Of a stretch of DNA of 64,000 bases, positions 1 through 14,625 are shown piece by piece (within the stretch, counting starts at the first letter, position 1; every line of letters starts with the position of its first letter). The DNA is from Tubiluchus corallicola (lineage: Eukaryota > Animalia > Priapulida). The position numbers were made by a program, and so were the translations under genes. The stretch spans positions 62,001 through 126,000 of the forward strand of contig JAQGDQ010000191.1 in the NCBI GenBank assembly GCA_030141605.1, in the 5' to 3' direction. A model generated the notes under the pieces. The model was given only the letters and a program-made list of their open reading frames with translations, had not been told where the DNA came from and made no database searches.

Positions 1-3000
1 TGCAGCTGATCTTGTTGCGAGAGAACAGTTTTAGTTCCAACTGTGCAAGAAAGAACTGTAACTATACGGTTTATAACAAAGAATTATCATTTATGAAGAA
101 AATCGAAGTATTTTTTCCTTGCCTGTTTTTGGAAATCAGGATACTGTAATGATTTGCCGGTTAGGGGCTTTAAAACCCTTGGAGAAGTGGGTAACGGATA
201 AGCTAGAGTTGAGTACAGTTAGACCATGATCGACAATGGATTGACTATTGATCATACCGCTCACCTAACAATGAAGTTCTTTTATTTACAGTAATTGGTT
301 GCTGAAAAACGGGAGTGCAGTAAAAATCCTTGTAAGATATGGATGTATTTTTAGTGGAGGAGAAACATTTGCATGTTAAGCGTCTGGCAATCTGCATTAT
401 TACTTTCTGATACAGATTTAGCACAGATGTTTCTGAAATGGTCCAAATCCGCGATAATCCCAGGACCTAGGCAGACATAAGAAAAGAAGACCCGAATCGA
501 ACGCCTGAACTATTAAATGCATTTGACCTCGTTTTATACAGCAATCTTAAAACTAGCGTTTGATTCGTAGATTAGATTTTGCTTAAGATGTATATTCCTG
601 TTCATTGATATGCAAGATCATCGTAGAAATTAAGTAACCAAAATCTAGTGGCTTCTTGACTCGCCCTTAATCTGTATAGAGCTTCACTTGGCTTTCCAGG
701 TTATCAGTTCAATTGTCACGGTCTGAGTGTTAAAATCTCCGATCCTCTTACAAGCTTAAGCCCTCTTTTGCTAAAGTCCATGGTAAATAAGAGTTGGTAC
801 AGCTGGCGTGAGGAGAATCATGACAAGATAGATGATAGAATCACATGTTAAATATGCAAACGAAACCTTATGGCTGAAAAAAATGCACAAGAAACCATTT
901 AATAATAGGCGAAAACTTACCTGCCTTAATAGTTTTGCAGTTTTTCGTTGAAAACTATATAGCAATTCTTATTGGATGTAAAGGAAATCTTTAGTTTTAT
1001 TACCACTCTGAAACTCCAACATGTTGTTGTTTAACTATGATATTCAGACCTAAAACGCTTTTTTTAAATCTCGTGTAGATTATAAATGGGTTATCGAATT
1101 TGAATGTACTGAATGTAATTTACAGCGCACATATGTTTAGTCAAGTTATTCGTTAACGTTACGTAATTATTAATAGCCCCATAGTGAATTATTATAATCA
1201 TGTCAGGAACTTTTCTTTTTTTAAACTCCTGTGTATTTTCATCAGGGACAATGAGACACGCGAAGTAAAATGATACGTAATTAGTAGAGAGATTAAACTG
1301 GTTGCACCCGGTAATGTTTATTTTTATTTGTGAGCCTAAAAGATAAAATCTGTTACTGCGCAGAGGAACGTCTGTTACTGCGTCAACACATAGGACATCA
1401 AATTTCGAAAATTCTTCAGAATGATTTAATAGTACTCGTGATACAAATGCCGTTACATTTCAAATAATGACAATTATTGCTAATAACTTAGCAGTTAAGT
1501 TAATTTTCAAAATGTTTAGAAGATTTTGTAGGGAAGTAACCAAGCTGCAAATTCTGTGTTAAGTGTATTAATGTGTTAAATTTCGCATGAATTTGGTTTA
1601 AAATGGTTTGCTTCTGTTGCTGCCATGATTTGCCTTGGCCTGTTTTAACAAGTGCATGACTTTTAATATAGCTAATACACCACTTTCACTCTACCTGCAC
1701 TTTCTTGTAAAGATTATATCTATTTGCTTGCATATATTAAGTAGCTCTGGTAATTACTTGTGTATTTATCATTTTTGCATTATTTGCTACGTATTTGCCA
1801 ATAAAGATTAGTAAAAAGAGTTTTTATGCATTTTTATGAATTTGATTATTAAAATACATAATTACAAGTACACGATGTTTCTGATTCTCATTTCACGTCA
1901 TTGTTCGTATAATGTGTACAAAATATTAAATTTGTTTGTCATTAGGGTTAGAATAAGTGTTAGTAATTGGGTAATCATTATAGACATCATTGCTCAAGCT
2001 TTTCTCATTTGTTATTGTTTTATATTAGGGGATACATAAAATTTATATAAGTGGAATTATTAAATGAAAATGGGCTGTTTTATCTCATTTGGGATTTCAT
2101 GTTTGTTTTATTGTGTTTTTAAATATCTTATAACAGTTTTTTAACATTAGAAAGAAATAATGCCTTTGACTGCAATGCTTTTTAATACGATCTATAGCGT
2201 CGTCCCCACTGAATGGTCATATCGAATTATCTACTGTCGAATAAGATGATAAAAACCAATAATACATCATAATAAAGTTTGTGTGATTTTTCTGCGATTG
2301 TTCCATATTCGTTTTCAAGTGACAGAAAAACTCGATTAATGTTTGTTTAATCTCTTGCCACGAGGGAGAGTTCCTGCATGGGAACTATCTCGTATGTCAG
2401 ATCGAAGTCAAGAGTTTTACAATTTCCGATATGTAATCGCGCGTACTCGATCGAAACACACTTTCTGTAAAAGCCCAGTCTCCCCATGAATGTTAGCCAA
2501 CGTTGCATGAAATCGCACAGTGATTTCCCTCAAGCTCTGAGTTATTTTAATGCTGGTCTGCACGGTCAGCTGATTCATAATGCAAATAATTATCCATCTT
2601 CTTGGTTTTTATGAATGAATATGAGTATTTAGATTTGGGGCTGCGTTCCGGGCCAAAGTTTTGCTTGGGTCGCCGGCTCCGAAGAACCGAATTGAATTGC
2701 TGACGTACGTGACACACGAAAGAGGAGTGCTGAACATTAAATCCGTAGGTGTCTACTTCAAATCCGAACGCTTTTCATATTTACTCATTTTTATTAATGC
2801 TAATTTCAAAAATTATTAATTGTACGTTTAATTGTAGGATTATAATTTAATTAATTAATTAGGCCTACTAGCGGATAAGTCTGTGCGATAAATTAATTAC
2901 CGAAAACTATTTTACTTAGTTAGTAATTAGTCTAGTACGAGTAATTCAGCTTTTGGAACTGTACTCGATTGGTTGATGAGCTGTCAAGATTGAATTAAGC

Positions 3001-3015
3001 CTCGTTTGATCACAA

Positions 3016-3100
3016 GGAGGTGTATAATATAGTGGTGATGGCATTCGACTTGTCAGGCAAAGGTTCCTGGGTCGAATCTAGTCTTGTTCCTATTTTTCAC
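3016..3100 (+). mobile_element. Degenerate tRNA-derived SINE head
   Basis: A-box-like TATAATATAGTGGT and B-box-like GGGTCGAATCTA at tRNA spacing; no intact cloverleaf; followed by tttttcacatt as at 14614. Confidence 0.55.
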
Positions 3101-6100
3101 ATTAAATATTTTCCTACTTTTTGGTCAAATTTAATTTAAAATCCAGGGCTCCACCCCTAATTATTACTGCAAATGAAAAAGTACAGTTATCCGAGTTTAT
3201 TCAGAATTCATAAATTTGTTTAATTTTCTACGACTGATAAATTTACGATTTAACTAACAATTTGTACAAATCCACTTGAAAATTAAGTGCTCAGTATGTG
3301 AGCGCTTGGCATGTATTCAAAGGCATAGCCCATTCCTTATAATCTTAGCAGAAGAGCGACACGATATAATTTCAAACTACTATATCAGTTCCTATTGTAT
3401 AGTTTATTAACAAGATTTTAATTGTTAAGAAAATTGCAGAATGTACTTGATACATACAGCCTAAAGTAATGAAAGTTTTGTGACGGTTGATAAAATAGAC
3501 TGTCAGTCGCGTAGATGGTCGCCTGTGGTTTTGCATCTCGTGCTAAAGAAAACTTGACAACTTCCTTGTTTGCAGAGAAAACTGGAGGATATCCCAGATA
3601 ATAAAATATTTATCTATATAACCTACAGTGTGCTCTGTTTAAACAAAAGCTATTTCTATTAAAAACGTATCATATCAGTACCGTCACGACATACTTTTTT
3701 GTCTTCATTATTTTCTAATAATTTTTCACAAGTTTACGTGATTGTTTTTCCAATGTGGTTTTTTAGAAAATCTTGAAAATGTTAGACTACAGTAAGCTTG
3801 TTCTCATACATAGTAAGTACTTTTAAAATGCGCCCACCCTGTTATCATTTCTATCAGTATTTGTTCGCATAATGTGTCATGGGAATGTTGATGGGGGGGA
3901 TGATATCGTTACAGTGACACGAATTTTACATATTAAATCACATTTTGGGAAATAGTAATACCCATGTTTGCACTCAAACAATAAAAGCCATGATAAAAGA
4001 ATGAAAGAATGATAGTGACGTCAGACATTTTATTTGACAGCCTGTATACGATGTAGTCTTGTTGAACACGCGTAAGCAAGATTCTCGCGAGAAAGCTTTT
4101 GTGGTCTTACTGCTCCACTTCACTGCAGAATTTCTGTTGTAAGTCTCGTTTAGACTATCGAGTGAATAACTCGATAGTCTAAACACACGTGAATGACAGC
4201 TTTCACAACAAATTAATCACACAAACCATTTACTGAAAAATAAATTACCTAAGCCTTTAGTTTCGTTGTTAACCATAGAATAACTAATATTTTTTTTCAA
4301 ATCGTCTGCCCATCACAAAAAATTGTTATACCTACTCTTCGAAAGGCCTTAATTTTTTTCTGTTGGCCAATGACGCCGCTGCACTGTTGTACCAAGCCAT
4401 AATTTATTGTTTTATCAGTAAAATAATTTTCGACTTTCATTGAAATTATTATTGCCAGAAGAAATATAGTAGTCGCTGAAATCTAAGTAATGTTTATGGC
4501 GTACTTCAATGATTGACGCTCTGAGACTGTGAAAGGATCATTGGTAATTTAATTGTAGAGTTTCAGAGAATTGTAGACACGTATAGACACGTATAGTAAG
4601 TTTCAACAAATTACCAACTTATTCTTTGCTATTTTTGGTTAGGGAAAAGTACTCGCAGTTTTTCTCTTTAATCGATTTTCTATTTAAGCTGAACACCCCA
4701 GAGAAGCCAACTGAATGCCTTTGATAAGAAACGTAGTTTTATTAGATCCCAATTTCCGATAACGTCTCCTTACACTTTCGAACTGATCCCGGCTGGAAAG
4801 CCAGAAAAATATGTGAGTTTTTTGTTCCCTTTTGAAGTGGGATGGCGGTGCTGGGAAAGCAGGAGTAATTGGACGGTAATTGCTGTACATTTACTCGATA
4901 TCATTTTTTGAAATATGATATCTTTGTATAATCGATGAGACATTAGATAGGTCTGACGCATCCATACACCTATTACACAGAGTACTTTGTAAAAAGAGAG
5001 AACTACATTGTGTGGTTATTTTTAGCACATCGTTAACAGCACTTAGTACAATGACTTTAGAATGATGCATGTGTAATAGCTGAATGCGAATATATCGAGC
5101 ATTGATGACTTTACGTAAATGCAGTTCTGTAATATAGTTTTTATCTAAAGTATAAGAAAAATATTAAGTGTCAGGGCTAGTTTCAGCAGATTCTAGTGAT
5201 GTACTGGTATATGGAAATTGACGTATCATAATCCGACAAATTATCGACAGAGTTTATCAATTATAAAATATTTGACTTGATTCAACTGTTCATTTGGATT
5301 TATGAGTATTGGTTTTGCAGCGCACAAGCATGAGACGCGACAGAATCGTCCTTCAGTTTGAATATTAATTATTTTTTAGTTTATTTATGTATTTATTTTC
5401 AATTCAGTTATACAAATGCAATCCAGCACGAATCAAAGAATTTACAAAAAAACAAAACAAATCACAATAATAATAGGAAAAACATTTAAGTACGCTATTT
5501 TCAAAACTGGAATGTGATTACGGTTTTCATTATCGTATAGATTTGGTTAATTTGATGATAGTAACATCGATTGAGTTTCTATCGCTTCCAATTGTTAATG
5601 GCAACTAATTTTGTAATAGTTTCTGATTTAATTAGTCAGCTGGTTAACGTAGGTGGGCTACCAAGTTACGACTAGTATATTTTTCAACATTGAGAAAGAG
5701 CTTTGTCTATTAGTTTTTATGGTTGGCAATCAGAGTCTCAAAACTGTACTTATGCCGCAGCCAATTTGGCGAATTTCTTATACAACTAAACATTAATTTA
5801 CCTCGTTTTTATGCTCAATATCGCGTTTCGCTGTAATCGTAAACTTGCGATTAATGAGAATTAAGCCAGATTTATTGGCTTGCTTAAGCAAACTGATAAC
5901 AATCTCAAATTACAAACTGCGCCATTACTGCGTTGTGTTGCATAACATATTTCGAAAAAGAAGTCTGTTTATTGTGACAAAAGAAGCCAACGATTACGCT
6001 TTGAAGTTGCAGAAACTTTACGCCTTGTTTGTGGATATTGCGGCTTTAGCATAAGCGCGAAGAAAGGCGGAAATTGCATGCTGGATATTTTGGATGTATT

Positions 6101-6290
6101 ACTCACATTAAAGGGTTTCAATTATAAAATGTCAAGCTATTTTTTGTAGAATTGCTATAGACCTTAATTGTGCTTTTGTACAATTAATCTAATTTCTAGC
6201 AATGTAACTTTGGTAGTTAGTAGAAGGAAACTGCCAAAAATTTATGCCTAATTGAAAGCAAGCAATCAGTTACTGTATTTAATAAACCAT

Positions 6291-6346
6291 TCTCTCTCTC
6301 TTTCTTTCTTTATTTCTCTCTCTCTCTTTCTCTTTATTTCTTTCTT

Positions 6347-6386
<40 letters not shown>

Positions 6387-6420
6387 GATAGATAGATAAC
6401 TAGATAGACAGATAGATAGA
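6291..6420. repeat. Compound (CT)n/(CTTT)n plus (TAGA)n microsatellite
   Basis: Directly visible. Confidence 0.95.
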
Positions 6421-8403
6421 ATTTTATTTAAAGTCGGTTTTCGTAAAAAGAAACCTAAGCTGGACCAGCTTTTACGACTAACAATATCTACACAAACACG
6501 ATATTTGTCTCGCTTTCTCTCCCCCCTCTCTCTCAGTCTCTCTCCTCCCACCGCCCCCCTCTTTCTCTCTCTCTCTCTTTCTCCCAGCTCTTGTCTTGCA
6601 GTGTCTGTTTAAGGCACTGTTTTCATAACCTTTTTTATATAACAGAAGTGTGAGTCTTTGCTGCGTCAATACCACATAACATGAGCTTGCGCTTAATGGT
6701 CTTCATACATACATGAACGGTGATCTGGGCAGTAGCAATTTTCATTAATGCTGATCCACTCAGGCAAGGTCAATGATTAAATGAGTGGGCTACGTTGCTT
6801 CTAATTTGTCAACTATGTAGCTAATGTAGCGAAGTATTCTCATTCTTTTCTGATACACTAGGCGTTTAGCATATAGCTACCAAATCCCATCATTCTTGCA
6901 AACCGAATTGCCATTTTTCAAAAAAAATCGTATGGCACACATATAACAGATAGTTCTGTGAATCAGGCTATGCTTATTTACATAAATTCTGCATCATCTA
7001 CGTTGGGTATATGTTTCGCAAAAAGACCAGTTAAGGAAACTCGTTAACACCGGCTTTGAAATAGTAACTAAAATATATTGATTATCCAAATCAGTGTTTG
7101 ATGAAGACAGATGTATATTTAAACTATTGAATATTCAGAAGAATCTTTTAGAACTATTGATTATTGTTCAGGTCTTACTTTCGTCAATGTTCTTTGAAAG
7201 AACGAATCCACACAATAATTGATACTTTGTTTTTCTTTCTTCAGCTTTTTCGCATCTGTTTGCTTTTCTACTCCGTTTCCATTTTATGTTTGCTTTGTCA
7301 TTGATACTTGTTTTATTTATTATTCGACTTCATTTGTAAGCAAACAATGTTTAATTACATTAACCAGGCTTTAAGGAATTCATAAATTAAACGCTGTTGG
7401 GCAAGTATTATATTATGAGCAAAGGTTAAAAAATTACATTCTCGAACAAGAAGGTTATAAGAGAAACGTTCTGCTCTAGTCTTTCGGCAGCCATGATTCA
7501 TATTAAATCTACCATCTCGACGTTCGTCAAACTAACTCTTCGCTGGTCTAAATTTCTTTTCGCTATAGGGAATCCCACTCCCGATGGTACATGGATCTGG
7601 TTAGATAAGTATGACAGTGTGGCTAGAAATCACTTGTAAATTGTGGTGCTCTGAATCTAGGATAATTGCTCTTAATGGATGAACAGTTTCTGCTTGTTGG
7701 CTTGCTGCATTATAGCAATTGCAAATTTGTAAGGCTTCCGGAAGCCATAAGTAGGTTTACATATGCATGCCTGTTTCATCTGGGAAGACCGCCTTGCTTG
7801 TCAAATAATAATAAAAAGTTTTTATTAGGTCGTGTAGGACTACCGCCTTTTTGTATGTTTTAAAATACTTGAGTAATAATTGCCTGCATTATACCATTAA
7901 ATGTCTGTTTTTCGGTTGTCCTCCTTGTTGGCATTGACTAGTCCTCGCTATTCATCTTGTAGGCGCCATCTTTAACTACATGTCTTCGAAGTCGACCAAG
8001 TAGAGCAGCGAATTGGATGCTGTGTCAAACGCAGCAATCTCTGGAACGCATCAAATCTAGTTAATCCTTGGACCACTCTATGACCGCTTCAAGGACTAAA
8101 GATAAAAAGTTTTGCAACGTAATTACGACACGCTCTTTGTGTTAACGATTATTAACGAAGCTAGACGGCTCATAATTGTTTCTTCACCTCAACAGCAAAA
8201 CGATAATCCCTGCAGATTTGAAAAGGCATCAAATGAAATAAAACAATTAGTGCCAAGTTTCGAAGAATGATGTTTGGATTTGACGATTTATTCTCAAGCG
8301 AATCGCGAAGGGCATAACAAATTTATACTGCGCTGTTTGTTATGGCACCACAGACAGGCAAATTCCAGATCACTACTTATATCCTGTTTATTTAGCTTTT
8401 AAT

Positions 8404-8518
8404 ATCATCATCATTGTCATCATTGTTGTCGTCGTTTACTGGTGTGCATCATCAGTAAATGTCATTATCATCACTGACGTGATCATCATCATCATCATTA
8501 TCATCTTCATCATTCATT

Positions 8519-8597
<79 letters not shown>

Positions 8598-8703
8598 TCA
8601 CAACAACACATCATCATCATCATCATCAACAACAACACATCATTCTCACCATCACCACTATCATCATCATCATCGTCGTCGTCGTCGTCATCTTCATCAT
8701 CAA
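8404..8703. repeat. Compound (CAT)n/(CGT)n trinucleotide microsatellite
   Basis: Directly visible; generates the spurious poly-His/Arg ORF 8479-8715. Confidence 0.95.
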
Positions 8704-11700
8704 TTATTAGTTTGATTTTAGTGTTGTAGGCATGTGCTTTGTACTAGCTTATTGCTCTTGCTACCCATTTACCAAAAATTTCATATTCGATCAAATGCTC
8801 CGGCCCACACCAGTGGTAACATCTGGACCACTTTGAAGTTTCAGGTATCATGCTTAAAATCCGTTAGCCAAGCAGGTTCCAAATGAGGATATGTTATAGC
8901 GCACAATTTGGAACTAGCTCAGGAAAATAGCTTAATTTGGAAAGCCTAACTGCTTCGTCTTTCGCTTCGTTGTTTGTTCACTCAAGCATCGACATAATCT
9001 CACGAAGCTTCAAAAAGTCTTATTGCAAACATCCAACATATCCAAGTATATTCATGAACATAGTTTTCTCCTCTATTGGAGAGGTTAATTTCAGCTCTTT
9101 GGATAATGATTTCGTTTAAAACTTAAAATACATATATTGCTCACGTATAAGCCATTAAATGGCTCCCCTAAAAATTCTATACATGGCCGAATAAGCTTGT
9201 TTCAGTTTAAAGTGTTCTTTCAGTCCCCAATCCACTGTATTTTGGAAATTACTGTTTTTTTTTGAGTTCGTGCATGACAGTATAATTATTATAGGCCAAA
9301 CGGATAATTGTCCATTATTGTCTAGTTGCCTACAATTATCCGTAATTGTCGAGATGGTTTTCTTGTATTTCAATCCTTCACAATTATCATTTCTAATTTT
9401 ACTTCTCTATCATATAATATTTCACCAGAATATTTGTTCACAAAAGTATTTTGGCTATTAGTACAAATCTATTTTAAATCTATAAAAAATCGTACATTTG
9501 ACGTAAAATTTTTTTGCTCCTGTAAGTAAACTTTTACTTTTAATAATTGACAACTAATTAAGTGACAAACAGGTCTTTTGCTGCTCCTCAGTTACTCTAA
9601 AATTGTTACATAACTATGAAGAGAAAATAAAACTGAATTTAACTGAATTGAATTGTAAGTGAACTTCAGGTACAGAAGTTTGCTTAGAAATTGGCTCAAA
9701 TTTGAGTTGGCCATACAACTGGCAATGGCAGAACAGGTCCAATCTAAAATCCAGTACTGATGAAAAGCTAAAACTTTAATTTTTATGAATAAATAGTTAT
9801 TAATGATAATGAAACCGTTTATTTAAAAGCAAAACAGCTTAGTGTTCAGTTATTTAGGAAACACCACTTTTCTTCAGGTAAATTATGAAGTAAAAAATAC
9901 TACATGAACTTTTGTGAATTTCATAATGATTCATTATCATAGCATTTAGAAAGTGATCCGAAGATGCCTTTATAATATACGTATAATAACAATTAACAGG
10001 TGAGATTTCTTTAAACTGCAATTTACGTGTATATCATGAAAAAATCGCAGCCCATATATGTTGTAGTTTCAATAATTTTTTCACTGTTTAAATTTTTGGT
10101 CATACTTGGTACTACTCTATATTTAGTGCTGACTCTTTTTGTTGCTTTAGCATAAGTGATAAAGATCCTCTTAGTTAAGGCGTTAGACTTATTTCTCCCC
10201 ATGACATTGTACTTATCGAAGCGTCAGTTATCCCAAGGATTCCGAAAGTAATATCATAAACTCGGTACATTATTCTTTTATTTCATAGAACACAGTTTGT
10301 TTTTCATTAATTTCATTAGGCAGAAAGTTTTGTAGTTTTGTATTTTGTTTATCCTACATTTTTTATATTTGTTGGCACTGATACATTTTAGGCTTAACGC
10401 ATCATATCATACAATTACATATGATATTATGTATATAAGACAATGTTACTAGCCAAAGTAGTATCAATGAAAATCAAAAGCAGCGCATTTTAAGGTTTGA
10501 ATATAAGACATGCAGTTTGTTAGGTAAGCAACATAGCAGTTGACTGTGAACTTAATTAGTTAAAAGGTATATGATGTTTTCGATGACGCAGATCTAATTT
10601 TACCAGTTTCTGTTTACGTTGATTTTTCTGCAATAGTTTGCGTACGACTTGCCGAAGACCAGAAACACATTATCGTAGATTATTATTTTATTAATCGACA
10701 GCGAACATACGACGGACACTCATGCTCATTTTTGGTACAGTTCCCCCGACATTAGTTTCGCTGACCAGCTGCGAATCAGTTAAAATTGTCGATATTTTGG
10801 CAGAGATAGTGTTCCTATTACTTTATAATTAATTCTTCGCAGCTTTCCTACTTTTTTGTAGTTTGAATTTTGACGTGGACATTCGATATTATAATCAGGC
10901 CTATTTAAGGATATTGACTTTTGAGACAATAAATTGCAATTAAAAAACTGTCTGTTCTCGAAATCTTATTTCACTAGTACTGTTAGTTAGTTAAAATTTC
11001 ATTTCAACTCTAGGACACACACACGCACATATTAAATGTATATATGTATACGTATCTAATATAAAATAAGTATGCGTATTTAAAAAAGTTGGCGACACTT
11101 ACTTTTATCAGCGATTTTTGTTTCAGTTTGAAAAAAGTGAATTCGTTTATTATTAGTGAGAGGAGCTTGCCGCAAGCATTACTATCTTAATATTTTTTAT
11201 TGGAATGGTTTAGATTGTGCAAGTAAATACTTCCTTTTCATCCTTTGTCACAACAAGACAGGCAAAGCTTCTTGTATGTTGGAGCCTGCATCGAGACTCA
11301 AGTCGAAAGCTAATGAAATTCTACTTAAAATTTGTGATTATCACGAGCGCACTGAAATTTGTTTCGTATAAGAAATATAAGCATGTCAGGCCCCCAAAGA
11401 ATGACTAGGCAGATTTTGATGTTTTTAACTCCTAGTTATACTTAGTCTATACGTTATTATTAATTTTAAAATAGTCAGTTAATGTGCTAATTTAAAGCAA
11501 GTGGCATCAACAAAGAGCAATTTTGTCAACGACATCTTACATGATTAATGCCGCAGCTTCTGCAGCCATCCTCTGCCCCTCCGTGACATAATCACAGAGT
11601 CACAAGAATCACATTCGTCATTATCACTATATAATATAAATAATAAATATAAGCTATTCTCCGTTTGCAGAAGTACAATACATTTTTTACACATAAATAC

Positions 11701-12031
11701 CCTAAATGCGTAATATATGAAATAAGTTATATATGAAACTGTTATCACAGTTAAATACATTATAGTAATATTATACAATAGTGTGCATAAAAGTTATCTG
11801 TATTTTTCAGTAAATGTTCTCTAATGTATACTGTGCATTACAGCACCTGTTACAAATGTCTGCAAAATAAATACTATAAACATTATTTAAATTTTGAAAC
11901 CAAATTAATAATGTAAATTATACGATGCTAGGATTAAATTTGTAAAAATTATTAATATAAATAAACTACTGCAATTATTATCAGTTTTCCTTTAAACTTA
12001 ATTATTTTCAAGTATATAACAAATGGTTTGC

Positions 12032-13170
12032 TCATTTGTGGATCATGTCATTATGAACTAGTTCCCGTGTGATACTGATGTACAGCTTAAGAGTAGACAT
12101 ATCTCGATTTCTATATATTGTATTTATATCCATTCTGTCTAAATTATTATTTACACAAGTACAATCAAAGATTAAACATTGTGGCGTTTGAAAGTCATCA
12201 CTACATTGACACATTGCATTATCACTAACCCTAATACTATATTTAAAAGCATTACAGCCTCTGCCAAGTAGTAAACTAAAAGCACTTGTTTCAATAAGTC
12301 TGTCATACTTTCCTAGAGGTAACATTAAAGGGGCGGTGAAAATTTGTACTATTTCCCGAGGCAGACCAGCTATCTGATTACCATACTGCAATTTTCTGTG
12401 CCACAGAGTTTCAACAAATTTTCAAACTTCTGACTAACTATATTTGACGTTTAGTGGATTAACACAGGCATCAACCAATTTTACATTACGTGAAATTTCT
12501 ATAGCTCTAGTGATTTTAGAACTGACTTGGCTTTTACGACATGATTTGCTATGAAGTGGTTAGCTGCTTGGCGTTAATTAATGAAGTATCAATCTTCTCA
12601 ACCTCACACCTGGCTAAATCGCTTTCCGGTTGACCTAGAATTTTCATCAAGAATTTACAAACAATAGCAAAATATTGTACATCAAGAGGCGGGAAACCGC
12701 ATATTATTTTTAGTTCCTTTTTGGGCGGATTATAAGATACCTCTGTGGCTGTATTTACTATGTCGTACAGAAGATAATCGAAGGCGTTTAATTATTTATC
12801 TAGCCAGTTAGAAGCTGCGTATACCAATGTGGGCAATACCACTGTTTTAGCTAGACTGGTAATTGAAGCCAGCTTTAGTCCTCTATATTTAAAGCAGAAA
12901 CACTTAATTTTGTGCCATTTATTCCCTGATTTTTTTCCTCAGGTCTGCTACATGAACAGAAAAGTTCAATTCTTTATCAACCGCAACGCCTACCACCTTA
13001 GTTTTGTCCGTATACTTAATCTGCATATCACTGAAGAGTAAATTTGGTGGTGTGGGTTCATATTTTAAATTTAGCGAGGTTTTATAGAGAATGGCCTCGG
13101 TTTTGTTAACAGCACAGTTGATATTCATGCGCCATCTATTACACCACCTATACAGCTTGTCACATTATCA
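12032..13170 (-). mobile_element. 5'-truncated, decayed non-LTR retrotransposon (LINE; RT thumb plus C-terminal Cys knuckle, R1/I-group-like)
   Basis: Minus-strand reading CDKLYRWCNRWRMNINCAVNKTEAIL..IKYTDKTKVVGVAVDKELNFSVHV matches the end of non-LTR RT domains, followed by VVLPTLVYAASNW and LLLGRG..SDNAMCQCSDDFQTPQCLIFDC (degenerate CCHC-type motif). Interrupted by stops and frameshifts. Confidence 0.85.
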
Positions 13171-14534
13171 CTAAAAACCGGCGACGACGACGACTACAAA
13201 CTGCTGACATTTTTGTATGAGTTTTGTAAATATATTGCAGCCAGTGCGCCACGAAGGAGGATGCATACGGGCCACCTTAGTGAACTCTCTTTAATTGGTA
13301 CCAGTCCCGCCACGGAGTGCTGGATCTCAGCTTTCAGAGCTGCAAATTGATAAAAATCTCCTATTCGATAAAACCACGTGCTAATTTTGTGAAATGTTTC
13401 AATTTGACACGGTTACAAGTTTAGTCTGAAATGCATTTAAATCACCCAGCATGTGTCGTGTTGACGTGCGTGACTTTTTCATTAGGATGAATTTACAACC
13501 CGCGTCAATTCATTTCCTTTACAAGAGTCCCTGCCGTGCGTTACCTTAGCATAAGCCTTCCTTGTCACTAATCATAAATAAGTTAATGTCGGCTATGCAC
13601 ACAGTGCTTTATAAATTCTTAATTCTAGTGCGTTCTTTTGGGTCGCGATAGTCAGGAATTTATGTGGAAACAGATGTAATTTAATGTTCTGAACTAAGGC
13701 GCCGTATACGTGTGGACAAAGACTTCTAACACACTTTACTTTGTCTGAATCAACGGTAAGTCTACTGTGCAAGAAATAGGAATTTTCTGGAAGGTTACCT
13801 TAAAGGCTTTTCAAACGTCAACAATCATAATGAACTTTCCTACCGCAACACGCTTTAATCATCAACTTAATGGTTGTGTTTGGTTTTGAATACTCCCGAA
13901 TTATTTGAACACTTGCAGTTAGTCACGTTCCAGATTGAATTCAACAACAGCTATTTAAACTTTGTTTATTCAAAATACTAAAATTAGCTGCTGTGCTTAT
14001 TTCGCGTTTTGCATTGTTGCTATTTTAGCGTGAATGTCAAAATGTTGGTATTATCCAGTCCTCCAAGTTACATAAACCGAATTCCAAATTCACTTTTTGT
14101 AGGCAGCTCGAGACCCTTAGATGCCAACTGGAGAAAAATGCCAATCTAACAAGCACTTTAGACTTTTTCAGAGTCCCTCTGTTTTTATCTATTTATAAAA
14201 ATAGAAGAAATTCTTATGTTATATATATAGCGGTTTTAAACCTCGTATTTTTACAGTGTAACAAACTTACTGCAAATGTACATGTAAAGTGTTGTCTAAC
14301 GCTGAACAACAGAACTCTTTAATTTACAATTTATGTACACCAATTATTACTTAATATTATTAACAACATTAATAATAATATACACAAGTTAGATTGCAAA
14401 ACTCGTAAACTATTTATAATTAGTAAATTATCCACCGACTATTCTAGGCTCAAAATTGATCTGGTCTAATAATAACTGCGTTTCGAAACGATGGCTGGGT
14501 GCTCAGTTAAGAATACATCACAGCATAGATCATT

Positions 14535-14625
14535 GGACTGAATAGTCTTGTGATCAAAAATGTTGAGCTTATAATTGGAAGGTCTCTAGTTTAAATCCAG
14601 TATGGACCGGCGATTTTTTCACATT
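14535..14625 (+). mobile_element. Highly degenerate tRNA-derived SINE head, possibly the same family as 3016
   Basis: aatagtcttgtgatc ... gaaggtctctAGTTTAAATCCAGT ... ttttttcacatt parallels 3016-3103. Confidence 0.4.

Noticed and set aside
8479-8715. Poly-His/Arg ORF
   Set aside because: Translation of a (CAT)n/(CGT)n microsatellite; GTG start and no splice support.
8730-9525. Possible decayed - strand coding region behind an acceptor-like tttacttacAG
   Set aside because: Every frame has many stops and no recognisable motif; not supportable without a homology search.
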